Under the pieces are notes generated by a model, which ran no database searches, was not told the origin of the DNA, and saw only the letters and a program-made list of their open reading frames with translations. Of a stretch of 64,000 nt of DNA, positions 30,417 through 39,572 are shown piece by piece. The stretch's first letter is position 1; the number at the start of each line of letters is the position of its first letter. The DNA is taken from positions 12,192 to 76,191 of the forward strand of contig NZ_CAJKIS010000005.1 in assembly GCF_905200055.1 (NCBI RefSeq). Reading direction: 5' to 3'. Origin of the DNA: an uncultured Fusobacterium sp. GTDB lineage: Bacteria; Fusobacteriota; Fusobacteriia; Fusobacteriales; Fusobacteriaceae. The position numbers and the translations under genes were made by a program.

Positions 30417-31241
30417 TTATTGTATTTTTAATTTCACCATTATCTCTGTAACATACTTTTGTTCATCTTTTGTGCTCCAATAATCAATCACATATCTTTC
30501 AAAACATATATCATCATATTTATAGTTATGGTATTTCAACCAATCTTTTATTTTTTTATATGTTTCATCAATATTTTCATGTGATCCTATATGATAAGCT
30601 GAAGCCACCATATAACCACCATATTTAGTTAATTTATCACTTGAACATTTTTTTAAATTTTTCTGTAAAATTCTTACTTTTTTACATTTCTTTTCTATCT
30701 TTTCATCAAAAGAAGGAAACTCTATAATGACTGGGCCTGTTATTGCATTTTCTATCTTTTCAATGTAATTTGTAAATTCTATATTTATAACAGATTTTAC
30801 ATAATCATAGTCATAATCTTGTTCTAAAAAAAGCATCTCAGCTTCTTCTAAAAACTTTATTTTAACATCTTGAATATCATATTCTATAACCATTTTTGCT
30901 TCTCTAACTAATGAATACCAATCTTCTATAGATTTTTTCTTTAAATTCAATTCCTCTTCTATTGATTGCAACTCTTTAATTTTTTCTCCAAAATCTTCTT
31001 CTATTGTTGAAAATCCAGAACTATAAATCAATGATTTTATTTGATCAAGAGTAAATCCACTTTGTTTATAATATTTTATTACTGGTATTGTATATAAATT
31101 ATCCTTATCATAATAACGATAACCATTTTCATTTATTTCACAAGGAGATAACAAACCAATTTGATCATAAAATCTCAATGTTTTTTTTCCTATTTTACAT
31201 ATCTTTTCCACTTTTCCTATGCAATATTTTTTCTCACTCAT
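30417..31241 (-). CDS. MerR-family transcriptional regulator with C-terminal GyrI-like effector domain
   Basis: 274 aa. N-terminal MerR HTH (YCIGKVEKICKIGKKTLRFYDQIGLLSP). Confidence 0.75.
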   Translation of the reverse strand: MSEKKYCIGKVEKICKIGKKTLRFYDQIGLLSPCEINENGYRYYDKDNLYTIPVIKYYKQSGFTLDQIKSLIYSSGFSTIEEDFGEKIKELQSIEEELNLKKKSIEDWYSLVREAKMVIEYDIQDVKIKFLEEAEMLFLEQDYDYDYVKSVINIEFTNYIEKIENAITGPVIIEFPSFDEKIEKKCKKVRILQKNLKKCSSDKLTKYGGYMVASAYHIGSHENIDETYKKIKDWLKYHNYKYDDICFERYVIDYWSTKDEQKYVTEIMVKLKIQ

Positions 31242-31272
31242 TATCTCACCACAGCATTCAATTTTTTATTTT

Positions 31273-32418
31273 CTAGCCAATTACTTTGTCTAAAATTTTA
31301 TAAATTTCTTCTTGAGATACTTTCTTAGGATTAGATTTTGTACATACATCTTTTTCTAATGCTCTATACACTTCTTCTTTAAATATATTTATATCTTCTA
31401 TATTTTTCCCAAGTTCCTTTAAGTTTTTAGGAATTCCTAATTTTTTATTTAATTCAGATATATATCTCACTAAATTATTGGCTCCTATTATAGGATTACA
31501 TGAATTTAACCCTATAATTTTTGCTAATTTTTGATATTTTTTAGTCACTAAATTACAATTCTCTCCAACATAAGATGTTACTTTACAATCTGAATTATAC
31601 TCAATTACATAAGGCAAAATAATAGCATTTATCTTTCCATGTGGAATATGAAGTTTTCCTCCTATTGCATGAGCTAAACTATGTGTTATTCCTAACCCAG
31701 CATTATTAAATGCTAATCCTGCTAAACATGAGGCATTATGCATTCTCTCACGATAATATAAATTTTCACCTTCTAAGTAAGCTTTTTCTAGATTTTCTAT
31801 AGCTAAACTAAAAGCTTTTTCTGCAAAGGCATCTGTAAAATCATTTGCTCCATTTGAGACATAAGCTTCTATTGCATGAGTTATTACATCCATTCCTGTA
31901 TCTGCTGTTATACTTTTTGGTACACTTTTAATTAAATCTGCATCTAAAATAGCAACTGTTGGTAATAATTCCTTTGAAGTTAAAGCATATTTAAGATGTT
32001 CTGCTTCATTTGTAATAACAGAATATTCTGTTACTTCTGATCCTGTTCCACTAGTAGTAGGAATTGCATAAAATTCAATTTTTTTAGAATGATCTTTATT
32101 TAATTTATTATAATACTCTCTTATAGCCTTTGCTCCATCAATTGAAGATCCTCCACCTAAAGCTATAATTAAATCGATATTTTCATTCTTTAAAACTTGA
32201 ACTCCCATTGCTACTATTTTTACTGTAGGATCTGGTATTACCTCATCAAATACTGCTACATTACAGTTGTGAATATAATTTTTAACTTTTTCAACCATCC
32301 CAGAACTATTAATAAACTTATCGCATACTATTAAAATATTTTTATCAACAAGTTCCCCTAATTTTTTTAAAGCCTCTTCACCAAAACAAATTGTAGTGCT
32401 AATAGTAAATTCTTGCAT
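31273..32418 (-). CDS. Iron-containing alcohol dehydrogenase (CutO/PduQ/EutG-like)
   Basis: 381 aa. Fe-ADH motifs GGGSSIDGAK and H-x3-H in the metal site region. Confidence 0.85.
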   Translation of the reverse strand: MQEFTISTTICFGEEALKKLGELVDKNILIVCDKFINSSGMVEKVKNYIHNCNVAVFDEVIPDPTVKIVAMGVQVLKNENIDLIIALGGGSSIDGAKAIREYYNKLNKDHSKKIEFYAIPTTSGTGSEVTEYSVITNEAEHLKYALTSKELLPTVAILDADLIKSVPKSITADTGMDVITHAIEAYVSNGANDFTDAFAEKAFSLAIENLEKAYLEGENLYYRERMHNASCLAGLAFNNAGLGITHSLAHAIGGKLHIPHGKINAIILPYVIEYNSDCKVTSYVGENCNLVTKKYQKLAKIIGLNSCNPIIGANNLVRYISELNKKLGIPKNLKELGKNIEDINIFKEEVYRALEKDVCTKSNPKKVSQEEIYKILDKVIG

Positions 32419-32593
32419 CTTTCTATCTCCTTAAAATAAAATTTTAAAAAGATTTAAAGTTTGCCTATTCCTTTCAGTCATTTTCATAATAACATATAAA
32501 CTTTATAAAATCAACATGTTTATCTGTCATCTATATTGATTTAATTATTACTATTTTTGTCATAAATAATTCAATAACATAGCATTTCATATA

Positions 32594-32625
32594 AAAAGGT
32601 GATTAAAAAAATTTAATCACCTTTT
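32594..32625 (-). terminator. Palindromic terminator after the RSH-SIR2 operon
   Basis: AGGTGATTAAAAAAATTTAATCACCT with T-runs on both sides. Separates the three-gene operon from the ADH gene. Confidence 0.55.
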
Positions 32626-32633
32626 CTTGTTTT

Positions 32634-33416
32634 TTATTTAAACTTATTATCTAGTTCTCTCGGTGGACACTCTTTATCATTATGTAAACTAAATTGAGAT
32701 TTCATCTTTTTAATAAATGTTCCCATTTCATCAGCACTTCCAACAATTCTATTAAATATACCTAAATACTCTGTAATTATTGGGTTATCAACATCATAAG
32801 GATATCTCATCAAGTGATCTATCTCACTCCACGCCTCTTCAAACACTGTTCTAACTTGAATTTCTACAAGAATCTCATCTTTTCTAGTAACTGGTATTCC
32901 TATCAAATAGTGAACAGAACGATATCCATGATCTCTTACTACAATTTCACAATTTAACTCTGATATACTCTCTTGAAGTTGAGCAACATTGTAGTCCCCT
33001 CTTCTTATATTTATTTGTGGAGTTTCCCTTATCTCCCATAAATTCATAATATCTTCATGTATACCACGCCAATCATCTTTAAAAAGATGTAATACTCTTA
33101 TTCCAATAAGATCTGTTACAATTTTTTTATATGTTTCTACAGAAATCCCTCTATCAACATATTTTTTTCCTTTGCGAATAATCTTTTCAATAAGATGTTC
33201 TGGTTTTTTAACTCTTCTTCTTACAGAGTGCACATTATTTCCATCAATTAATTTTGAAACTATATGTTCTGCCTCTTTTTCTAAATATGGAACAAGGGCT
33301 GTATAATCTTCATATATTTTCAATAGCTCTTCCCAAACTAATCCTGTTGATTCAAAGTATTTTTCATCAATAGAAAACCTTTTAAAGAACTGTTCTTTAT
33401 CTAAAATATCAGACAT
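32634..33416 (-). CDS. RelA/SpoT-homologue (RSH) nucleotidyltransferase-domain protein, small alarmone synthetase / toxSAS-like
   Basis: 260 aa. Motifs HSVRRRVKKPEHLIEKIIRK, LIGIRVLHLF, DHGYRSVHYLI, EIQVRTVFEEAWSEIDH. Confidence 0.75.
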   Translation of the reverse strand: MSDILDKEQFFKRFSIDEKYFESTGLVWEELLKIYEDYTALVPYLEKEAEHIVSKLIDGNNVHSVRRRVKKPEHLIEKIIRKGKKYVDRGISVETYKKIVTDLIGIRVLHLFKDDWRGIHEDIMNLWEIRETPQINIRRGDYNVAQLQESISELNCEIVVRDHGYRSVHYLIGIPVTRKDEILVEIQVRTVFEEAWSEIDHLMRYPYDVDNPIITEYLGIFNRIVGSADEMGTFIKKMKSQFSLHNDKECPPRELDNKFK

Positions 33417-33427
33417 TTTTCACCTCT

Positions 33428-34660
33428 TTAATTAAATTTTTCTACCTTTTCTAAAGATATTTCAACTGCTTTTCTATAACCACATATTTCATTATCTTTT
33501 GTAAACTCTCTCTCACTAACTTCAGATTTAACCTTTATAATCTCTTTAATATCAAAATTAATTCCTCTAAATTCTAATTTATGAACCCTTTCAAAAGTCA
33601 GATTATCTCCAGCCTGAATATCAAAGCTATTTTTTATTCTAAAGTTAATCCAGCTATCAATTTTTTTACCTTCTAAAATAGCTTCAGTTAAAAAAACTTC
33701 ATAGAAACTATTAGTTATCTCTGCAAAATTCTTTTCTCTATTTAAAGAAAATGAGTTCACTATATTTTTATATGAATTTGCTAACTCTTGTAATAGATTA
33801 AATTTATATACCTCTATTCTATTTTCGAAAGTTATATCTCCAACTAATTTTTTAAATTTAAACTCTATTTTTGCTCCACTAAATATCTCTTTTAAAATAT
33901 TTACAACCTCTATAAAACGAGAGTTTTTTATCTTATTAAAGATCTCATATTTATAGAAATCTCCATTTTTTACAAGAGTCTCTCCATTTAGAAGATCTAT
34001 GCTTAAAGCCACTTTAAATTCTCTTGTTTTTATCTCTAAAAGCTTAAATTTATCATAAACTAAAATTTTTAATGAAGTATTATTCAAAAGAGTCTCTCCA
34101 ATTTTTACTGTTGAAGTTCCTACGCTTATAACCTCATTAAAAGATAGTTCATTTGAAAAATTTGAATAAGAAATAGGAAAATTATTTAGGTGTAGAGAAG
34201 TATATTGTATTTCTAATCCGCTTTCAACTAACCTTACATCATCATTATCTGTTAAGATTGTAATATCTTTAGGATCTCTTTTCTCCTCTAAATTTTCAGC
34301 TACAACATTTTCAACTATAATTTCATCTTTTTTTTCCTCTTCAGGCTCTTCTGAAACTATTTCGCTCTCTGTTGTTTCTTTTAAATTTACCTCTTCCTTT
34401 TCACTCTCATTGTTTGTCGAAGTTTCTTGAACTTCTATTTTTTCTTCTTTCTCTATCTTTAAATTTCCCTCAGCAGGTAGAACTTTTTCTTCAGTTATAT
34501 CAGCTAAAGTATTCTCTTGAGTTTCTACTTCCTTTTTCTCTTCCTCTTGGGATTTTATCTCTAACTCTTTTTCAGCAAATAGCTTTTTTTGTTGAAGTTC
34601 ATCAAAAATTTCACTACTTTTTTCATCTTTTTTTTCGGTAATAATGTCCCCAGATTCCAT
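33428..34660 (-). CDS. Hypothetical protein with ~130-aa E/K-rich disordered N-terminus and novel C-terminal region
   Basis: 410 aa with no recognisable domain. Its start is 1 nt from the SIR2-like stop and its end is 11 nt from the RSH start. Confidence 0.5.
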   Translation of the reverse strand: MESGDIITEKKDEKSSEIFDELQQKKLFAEKELEIKSQEEEKKEVETQENTLADITEEKVLPAEGNLKIEKEEKIEVQETSTNNESEKEEVNLKETTESEIVSEEPEEEKKDEIIVENVVAENLEEKRDPKDITILTDNDDVRLVESGLEIQYTSLHLNNFPISYSNFSNELSFNEVISVGTSTVKIGETLLNNTSLKILVYDKFKLLEIKTREFKVALSIDLLNGETLVKNGDFYKYEIFNKIKNSRFIEVVNILKEIFSGAKIEFKFKKLVGDITFENRIEVYKFNLLQELANSYKNIVNSFSLNREKNFAEITNSFYEVFLTEAILEGKKIDSWINFRIKNSFDIQAGDNLTFERVHKLEFRGINFDIKEIIKVKSEVSEREFTKDNEICGYRKAVEISLEKVEKFN

Positions 34661-34662
34661 TA

Positions 34663-35472
34663 TTACCTCACTAACTTTTTTTCTATCTTATCACTGTCCT
34701 CTTTTTGTAATAGACTTTTAACTCCATCTAAGAATTCAATCTCATCAAAAACAGTTAGTTTCAAATTGTATCTATTGATTACTTCACTAACTTTATTATC
34801 TATAACAGAGGTAGAAGAAACTATATACATAGGTTGTTCTATTTTACCAGCTTTTTTCATTATAAAATCTAACATATCTATAAAATCTGGATCTTTTAAC
34901 TCTACTCCTAAAAATAAAGTAGGTCTACTTTTTAATTCTGTACATATTTGTTCAAAAAATCCATTATAAAAATCAAGTACCTTTAATTTTCTTACATCTT
35001 GACTTGTAATAAAAAGATCTTCTGGATTACAAATATTCCCCATGATCTTATAAAAGTTGATTTTTTCATCATCTGAAAAATCATTTTTTGTTGGAGTAAT
35101 TGTATTTATGTAATTTGGATATAATTTTTCTAAAACTATATCATAGTTCATTGTCATTATTGTTTTAAAATAATCAAGCTCAAAAATATTGTCATATATA
35201 TCAACATTCTTATAATGTTTCATATCAAAGATTTCTCTTATTTGTTTTAAAAGAGAATTTTTTGAACTTATAACTGCATCTAGATAAGCTTGAGCCACAT
35301 CTGAAAAAGAGTCTCTATTTTTAATATAACCTTTTGCTGATTGTTTGATATCAAAAATTATCATATCTGCAAGTTCTGCTCTTTTTGGAAATCCTGTTAT
35401 TTCACTAACAAAATCTCCTATAAATAGATTTAATTTTTGTGCTTCTCCAAACTTATCAAAAAAGTTCTTCAT
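34663..35472 (-). CDS. SIR2-like domain protein (SIR2_2/ThsA-type fold, degenerate catalytic motifs)
   Basis: 269 aa. LFIGDFVSEITGFP, MTMNYDIVLEKL, YKIMGNICNPEDLFITSQD and TLFLGVELKDPDFIDML parallel the ThsA SIR2 motifs GAGxS, TTNYD, KxHG and FxGxSxxDP. The GAG and His positions are substituted. Confidence 0.65.
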   Translation of the reverse strand: MKNFFDKFGEAQKLNLFIGDFVSEITGFPKRAELADMIIFDIKQSAKGYIKNRDSFSDVAQAYLDAVISSKNSLLKQIREIFDMKHYKNVDIYDNIFELDYFKTIMTMNYDIVLEKLYPNYINTITPTKNDFSDDEKINFYKIMGNICNPEDLFITSQDVRKLKVLDFYNGFFEQICTELKSRPTLFLGVELKDPDFIDMLDFIMKKAGKIEQPMYIVSSTSVIDNKVSEVINRYNLKLTVFDEIEFLDGVKSLLQKEDSDKIEKKLVR

Positions 35473-35668
35473 GTTGTCACCTACCTTGTGTTTTGTTTTC
35501 TATCACTATTAGTATAACTTAATTTCTTAAATTTAACAACAAAAAACTTACAAAAAGTCAAGAAAAATTTTTTTATTTACATTTAATAAAAAGGAAATAG
35601 TTTATGATTTTATTAGTAATATATTAAAAAAAGTGCTATTATTAAAATATAAACTATGAGGTGATAAA

Positions 35669-37117
35669 ATGAATCTGATTATAACTTTTTTTAAAGACTA
35701 TATTGTAATTATAAACATATTCTTTTTAATTACGATTGTACTCTTAGAAAGAAAAAAACCTGTATACACTTTGTTTTGGATAACTATACTTATTCTTGCT
35801 CCATATATTGGTTTTATATTCTATCTATTTTTTGGATTGAGCTTTAGAAAAAAAAGAGTTGTTGATAAATTCTATAAATGGAAATTTCTTCATAGCAAAA
35901 AAGTTATCAGTTCCTCTGAAAGAAAAGATCTAAATAGATGGAAGCAACTTATCTCATACCTTGAAATAGCTTCTAATAATAAATTAACAACTTTAAATGC
36001 TTTTAAATTATTTACTGATGGAAATGTTTTTTTTAATCATATGATAGAAGATTTAAACGAAGCTAAACATTCAATTAATATGGAATATTATATTTTTAGA
36101 TATGATGAGTTAGGAAAAAGAATAATAGATATTCTTATTGAAAAAGCTAAAAATGGAGTTGAAGTAAATGTAATCATTGATGAAGCTGGTGGGGCTGACA
36201 GAAAAATGATAAAACTTATGAGAGATAATAATATTAATGTAGAGATATTCTTTCCCTCTCCCTTTGCTTCTTTCAAAATAGCTAATCTAAGAGCAAATTA
36301 TCGTGATCATAGAAAACTTTGCCTTATTGATAGCAAACTAGGTTATATTGGTGGTTTTAATATAGGTTTAGAGTATTTAAGCAAAGGAAAACTTGGACAC
36401 TGGCGTGATACAGGAGTAAGAGTTTTTGGAGAAGCGGTTCTGGAATTAGAAAAAGAATTTTTCTTCTCATGGGGAATTGCTAAAAAGAAACCTGTTGTGT
36501 ATCAAGCTAAAGAATATGCTTTTGAACATGAAGCTTTCCAAGAGATAATAAGAACAAGAGGTAAATACTCTGGATATTCTCAAGTTGTTAGTAGTGGACC
36601 AAATTATCAATTTAAAACTATGAGAGATACATTTTTAAAGATAATTTTAGAAGCAAAAAAATATATCTATATTCAAACACCATACTTTGTTCCAGATGAT
36701 ACTATCTTGGAAGCTTTAAAAATAGCTACTCTTTCTGGAGTAAAGATTAAAATAATGATACCTGATAAACCAGATCACTTCTTTATTTATTGGGTTAATC
36801 AATATTTTGTAGGAGAACTTCTTGATTTAGGAGTTACTGTTTATAGATATCATAAAGGATTCTTACATAGTAAAATGGTACTTGCAGATGATGAGGTTGT
36901 AAGTATTGGAACTGCTAATTTTGATAATAGAAGTTTTTACCAAAATTTTGAGATAAATATTAATATCTATGAAAAGGATATTGCTGAGAAATTTAGAGAG
37001 ATTTTCTATGATGATATGAAAACAAGTAGCAAATTATTAAGAAGTGAATATAGCAAAAGAGGTTTCTACATCAAATCTAAAGAATCAATTTGTAGGCTTC
37101 TTGCTCCTATACTATAA
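35669..37117 (+). CDS. cls: Cardiolipin synthase (PLD superfamily, two HKD motifs, N-terminal TM helices)
   Basis: 482 aa. HRKLCLID and HSKMVLADD HKD motifs. N-terminal two-TM segment. Confidence 0.85.
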   Translation: MNLIITFFKDYIVIINIFFLITIVLLERKKPVYTLFWITILILAPYIGFIFYLFFGLSFRKKRVVDKFYKWKFLHSKKVISSSERKDLNRWKQLISYLEIASNNKLTTLNAFKLFTDGNVFFNHMIEDLNEAKHSINMEYYIFRYDELGKRIIDILIEKAKNGVEVNVIIDEAGGADRKMIKLMRDNNINVEIFFPSPFASFKIANLRANYRDHRKLCLIDSKLGYIGGFNIGLEYLSKGKLGHWRDTGVRVFGEAVLELEKEFFFSWGIAKKKPVVYQAKEYAFEHEAFQEIIRTRGKYSGYSQVVSSGPNYQFKTMRDTFLKIILEAKKYIYIQTPYFVPDDTILEALKIATLSGVKIKIMIPDKPDHFFIYWVNQYFVGELLDLGVTVYRYHKGFLHSKMVLADDEVVSIGTANFDNRSFYQNFEININIYEKDIAEKFREIFYDDMKTSSKLLRSEYSKRGFYIKSKESICRLLAPIL

Positions 37118-37140
37118 TTACATATATTCATTTACACGAG

Positions 37141-37908
37141 GTGACAAAAATGGTAGAATTTCAAAAACTTTCTTCTTTCTTTTTTAAATTTTTAGAAAGT
37201 GATGCTAAATTTATAGGGGATTTTTATTATGATCTTCATATTCATACAACTGCGTCAGATAGTTTTATTAAGCCTGATTTTTTAAAAAATTTTGTTAAAA
37301 ATAAAAGATATCTATTATCTGTAACAGATCATAATGAAATAAGAGGATCTGTTGAACTTTATGAAAAGGGAATTAATGTAGTTCCGGGTATAGAGATTGG
37401 TTGTGAAGATGGATTTGAAATGCTTGTTTATTTTAATGAGATGCAAGATTTAGAAGATTTTTATAGAAGAGAGGTTGAAGGATATAAGAATCTAAAAAGA
37501 ATGGCAAAAACACATAGAACTATTTATGAATATCTTGATGCTTTACAAGGGATAAACTGTCATAAATCTATACCTCATATTTGTGGAGTTGTTCAAAAAA
37601 ACTTCATTCACAATAAACCATACATATATGATATTATAAAAAAAGTTGACTCTATTGAAACTCACAATCATGCTCTACCTATGGTTAGAAATCTACAAGC
37701 TGCTGAAATTAGAGAACAGTTTAACTTAACTGCTACTTTTGGAAGTGATGCTCACATAATAAGAGAGGCTATAGCCTTCTATAAATATGCTAACATGGCA
37801 TCTGTTGGAGTCGGTGATACTGTTATGAACTATCTTTTTAAAATAGGTAGTATCAGTGGAATAGGACAAAAACATCTAATACATATGTTAAAGAATACTT
37901 TACTATAA
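37141..37908 (+). CDS. PHP-domain phosphoesterase
   Basis: 255 aa. DLHIHTTASD PHP motif and later His/Asp metal ligands. Confidence 0.65.
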   Translation: MTKMVEFQKLSSFFFKFLESDAKFIGDFYYDLHIHTTASDSFIKPDFLKNFVKNKRYLLSVTDHNEIRGSVELYEKGINVVPGIEIGCEDGFEMLVYFNEMQDLEDFYRREVEGYKNLKRMAKTHRTIYEYLDALQGINCHKSIPHICGVVQKNFIHNKPYIYDIIKKVDSIETHNHALPMVRNLQAAEIREQFNLTATFGSDAHIIREAIAFYKYANMASVGVGDTVMNYLFKIGSISGIGQKHLIHMLKNTLL

Positions 37909-37960
37909 ATGAAATTTTTCTTTTCAAAATCTGAATTTTGTAGTATAATAAAAATTGAGT

Positions 37961-38037
37961 GATCCCGTAGCTCAATTGGATAGAGCAATTCCCTCCTAAG
38001 GAATAGGTTGTGTGTTCAAACCACATCGGGATCGCCA
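37961..38037 (+). tRNA. tRNA-Arg (anticodon CCU)
   Basis: Acceptor stem GATCCCG/CGGGATC, D-arm GCTCAATTGGATAGAGC, anticodon loop CTCCTAA, T-arm GTTCAAA, and an encoded CCA. Confidence 0.85.
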
Positions 38038-38059
38038 TTTTTATTTTAGGAGTACTATC

Positions 38060-38368
38060 ATGAAAAAATTATCTTTTATTTTTCTTATTATTTTTATTTT
38101 CAGTGGTTGTAGTAATCTAAATTTTTGGAGTAAATATAAAGAAAATAAGATTAAAAAACAATATACTCAACTATCTAAAAGATTTGATTCTCTTGTATCT
38201 GAAGAGATTGAAGAGGATAAGAGAGCTGAACTAGAAGAGGATTTCTCTAAGTATAGAAATAGAATCAATTCTAGTGGTGGAAAAGATAAAGAATATAATA
38301 ATACAGTTAGAGAGTTAGTTTTAAGTTCTGATATAAAAATACAATATTTAAAAGATTTAAAAGATTAG
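38060..38368 (+). CDS. Small lipoprotein of unknown function
   Basis: Start trimmed to MKKLSFIFLIIFIFSGCS (lipobox). The ORF-track version overlaps the tRNA. Confidence 0.55.
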   Translation: MKKLSFIFLIIFIFSGCSNLNFWSKYKENKIKKQYTQLSKRFDSLVSEEIEEDKRAELEEDFSKYRNRINSSGGKDKEYNNTVRELVLSSDIKIQYLKDLKD

Positions 38369-38375
38369 TGTGATA

Positions 38376-38412
38376 AGCTGGAGCAAGTTAATAATTACTC
38401 CAGCTTTTTTAT
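38376..38412 (+). terminator. Rho-independent terminator
   Basis: AGCTGGAGCAAGTTAATAATTACTCCAGCT followed by TTTTTTAT. Confidence 0.65.
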
Positions 38413-38738
38413 ATTAAACTATAGTTTATCTAACTAAGCTCAGTTATCTTGCACATCGCTAGGTTTTGACAAAGTGCCTTTGTATTTAGCGATTATTCGT
38501 CAAGTTAAGTTATCTCTATTTCTTTTAAATATCAGCTAAATTCCATGTCGTAGAATAAAGAGAGAGTAACACTCATCTGACTAAAATTCCGAAACTCACT
38601 TCGTTCAAACACGTCGGAATTTTTAGCGTCAGATTTCGTAACTCTCTCTAATATTCTTCTCCAAATTACATTTAGCTGATATTAGGGAAAACGAAAATAA
38701 CTTAATATAAATTAGAATGATAAGTTATAGTTTATCTA
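38410..38738. repeat. MITE-like element: ~300 bp with long imperfect inverted-repeat arms, flanked by 13-bp direct repeats TATAGTTTATCTA
   Basis: Direct repeats at 38410-38422 and 38726-38738. Internal arms 38527-38592 and 38615-38684 are near-reverse-complements (shared AATATCAGCTAAAT..AGAGAGAGT(A/T)AC..ATCTGAC..TAAAATTCCGA). Confidence 0.5.
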
Positions 38739-38802
38739 CAATTTAAAAAAAATCATATTTATGATATAATTTAAAAGAATTAAATTAAAAAAGGAGATAT
38801 GT

Positions 38803-39564
38803 ATGAAACTAATTTCATGGAATGTAAATGGATTGAGAGCTGCTGTACAAAAAGGTTTCTTAGATTATTTTAATCAAGAAGATGCAGATATATTTTGCTT
38901 ACAAGAAACTAAATTACAAGCTGGACAAATTGATCTTGAACTTAATGGATATCATCAATATTGGAATTATGCTGAAAAAAAAGGTTACTCTGGAACAGCT
39001 ATTTTCACTAAAAAAGAGCCTATATCTGTTACTTATGGATTAGGAATAGAGGAGCATGATAAAGAGGGAAGAGTTATAACATTAGAATTTGAAAATTTCT
39101 TTATGATTACAGTTTATACTCCAAACTCTCAAGAAGCTCTTGCTAGATTAGATTATAGAATGAAATGGGAAGATGATTTTAGAGCTTATCTTCTAAAATT
39201 AAATGAGATAAAACCTGTTATTGTTTGTGGGGATCTAAATGTTGCACATCAAGAGATAGATCTGAAAAATCCTAAAACAAATAGAAAAAATGCTGGTTTC
39301 TCTGATGAAGAGAGAGAAAAAATGGGAAAACTTTTAGACAGTGGATTTATTGACACTTTTAGATATTTTTATCCAGAATTAACAGGAGCTTACTCTTGGT
39401 GGTCTTATAGATTCAATGCTAGAAAAAACAATGCTGGGTGGAGAATAGATTATTTCCTTGTTTCTGAAAGATTAAAGGATTCTTTAGAAAATGCTGAAAT
39501 ACATAAAGATATTTTAGGATCTGATCACTGTCCTGTTGTTTTAAAATTAAAGGAGAATTTTTAG
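38803..39564 (+). CDS. xth: Exodeoxyribonuclease III (AP endonuclease)
   Basis: 253 aa. [13 protein letters not shown]...LQETK...DHCPV motifs. Confidence 0.9.
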   Translation: MKLISWNVNGLRAAVQKGFLDYFNQEDADIFCLQETKLQAGQIDLELNGYHQYWNYAEKKGYSGTAIFTKKEPISVTYGLGIEEHDKEGRVITLEFENFFMITVYTPNSQEALARLDYRMKWEDDFRAYLLKLNEIKPVIVCGDLNVAHQEIDLKNPKTNRKNAGFSDEEREKMGKLLDSGFIDTFRYFYPELTGAYSWWSYRFNARKNNAGWRIDYFLVSERLKDSLENAEIHKDILGSDHCPVVLKLKENF

Positions 39565-39572
39565 GAGGAATA

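Noticed and set aside
35669-37117. Cardiolipin synthase as a PLD-type defence nuclease
   Set aside because: N-terminal two-TM anchor, 482-aa length and motif spacing are those of a housekeeping ClsA.
38012-38368. 118-aa ORF overlapping tRNA-Arg
   Set aside because: The 5' part overlaps the tRNA. The internal MKKLSF... start gives a classic lipoprotein signal, so the start was trimmed to 38060.
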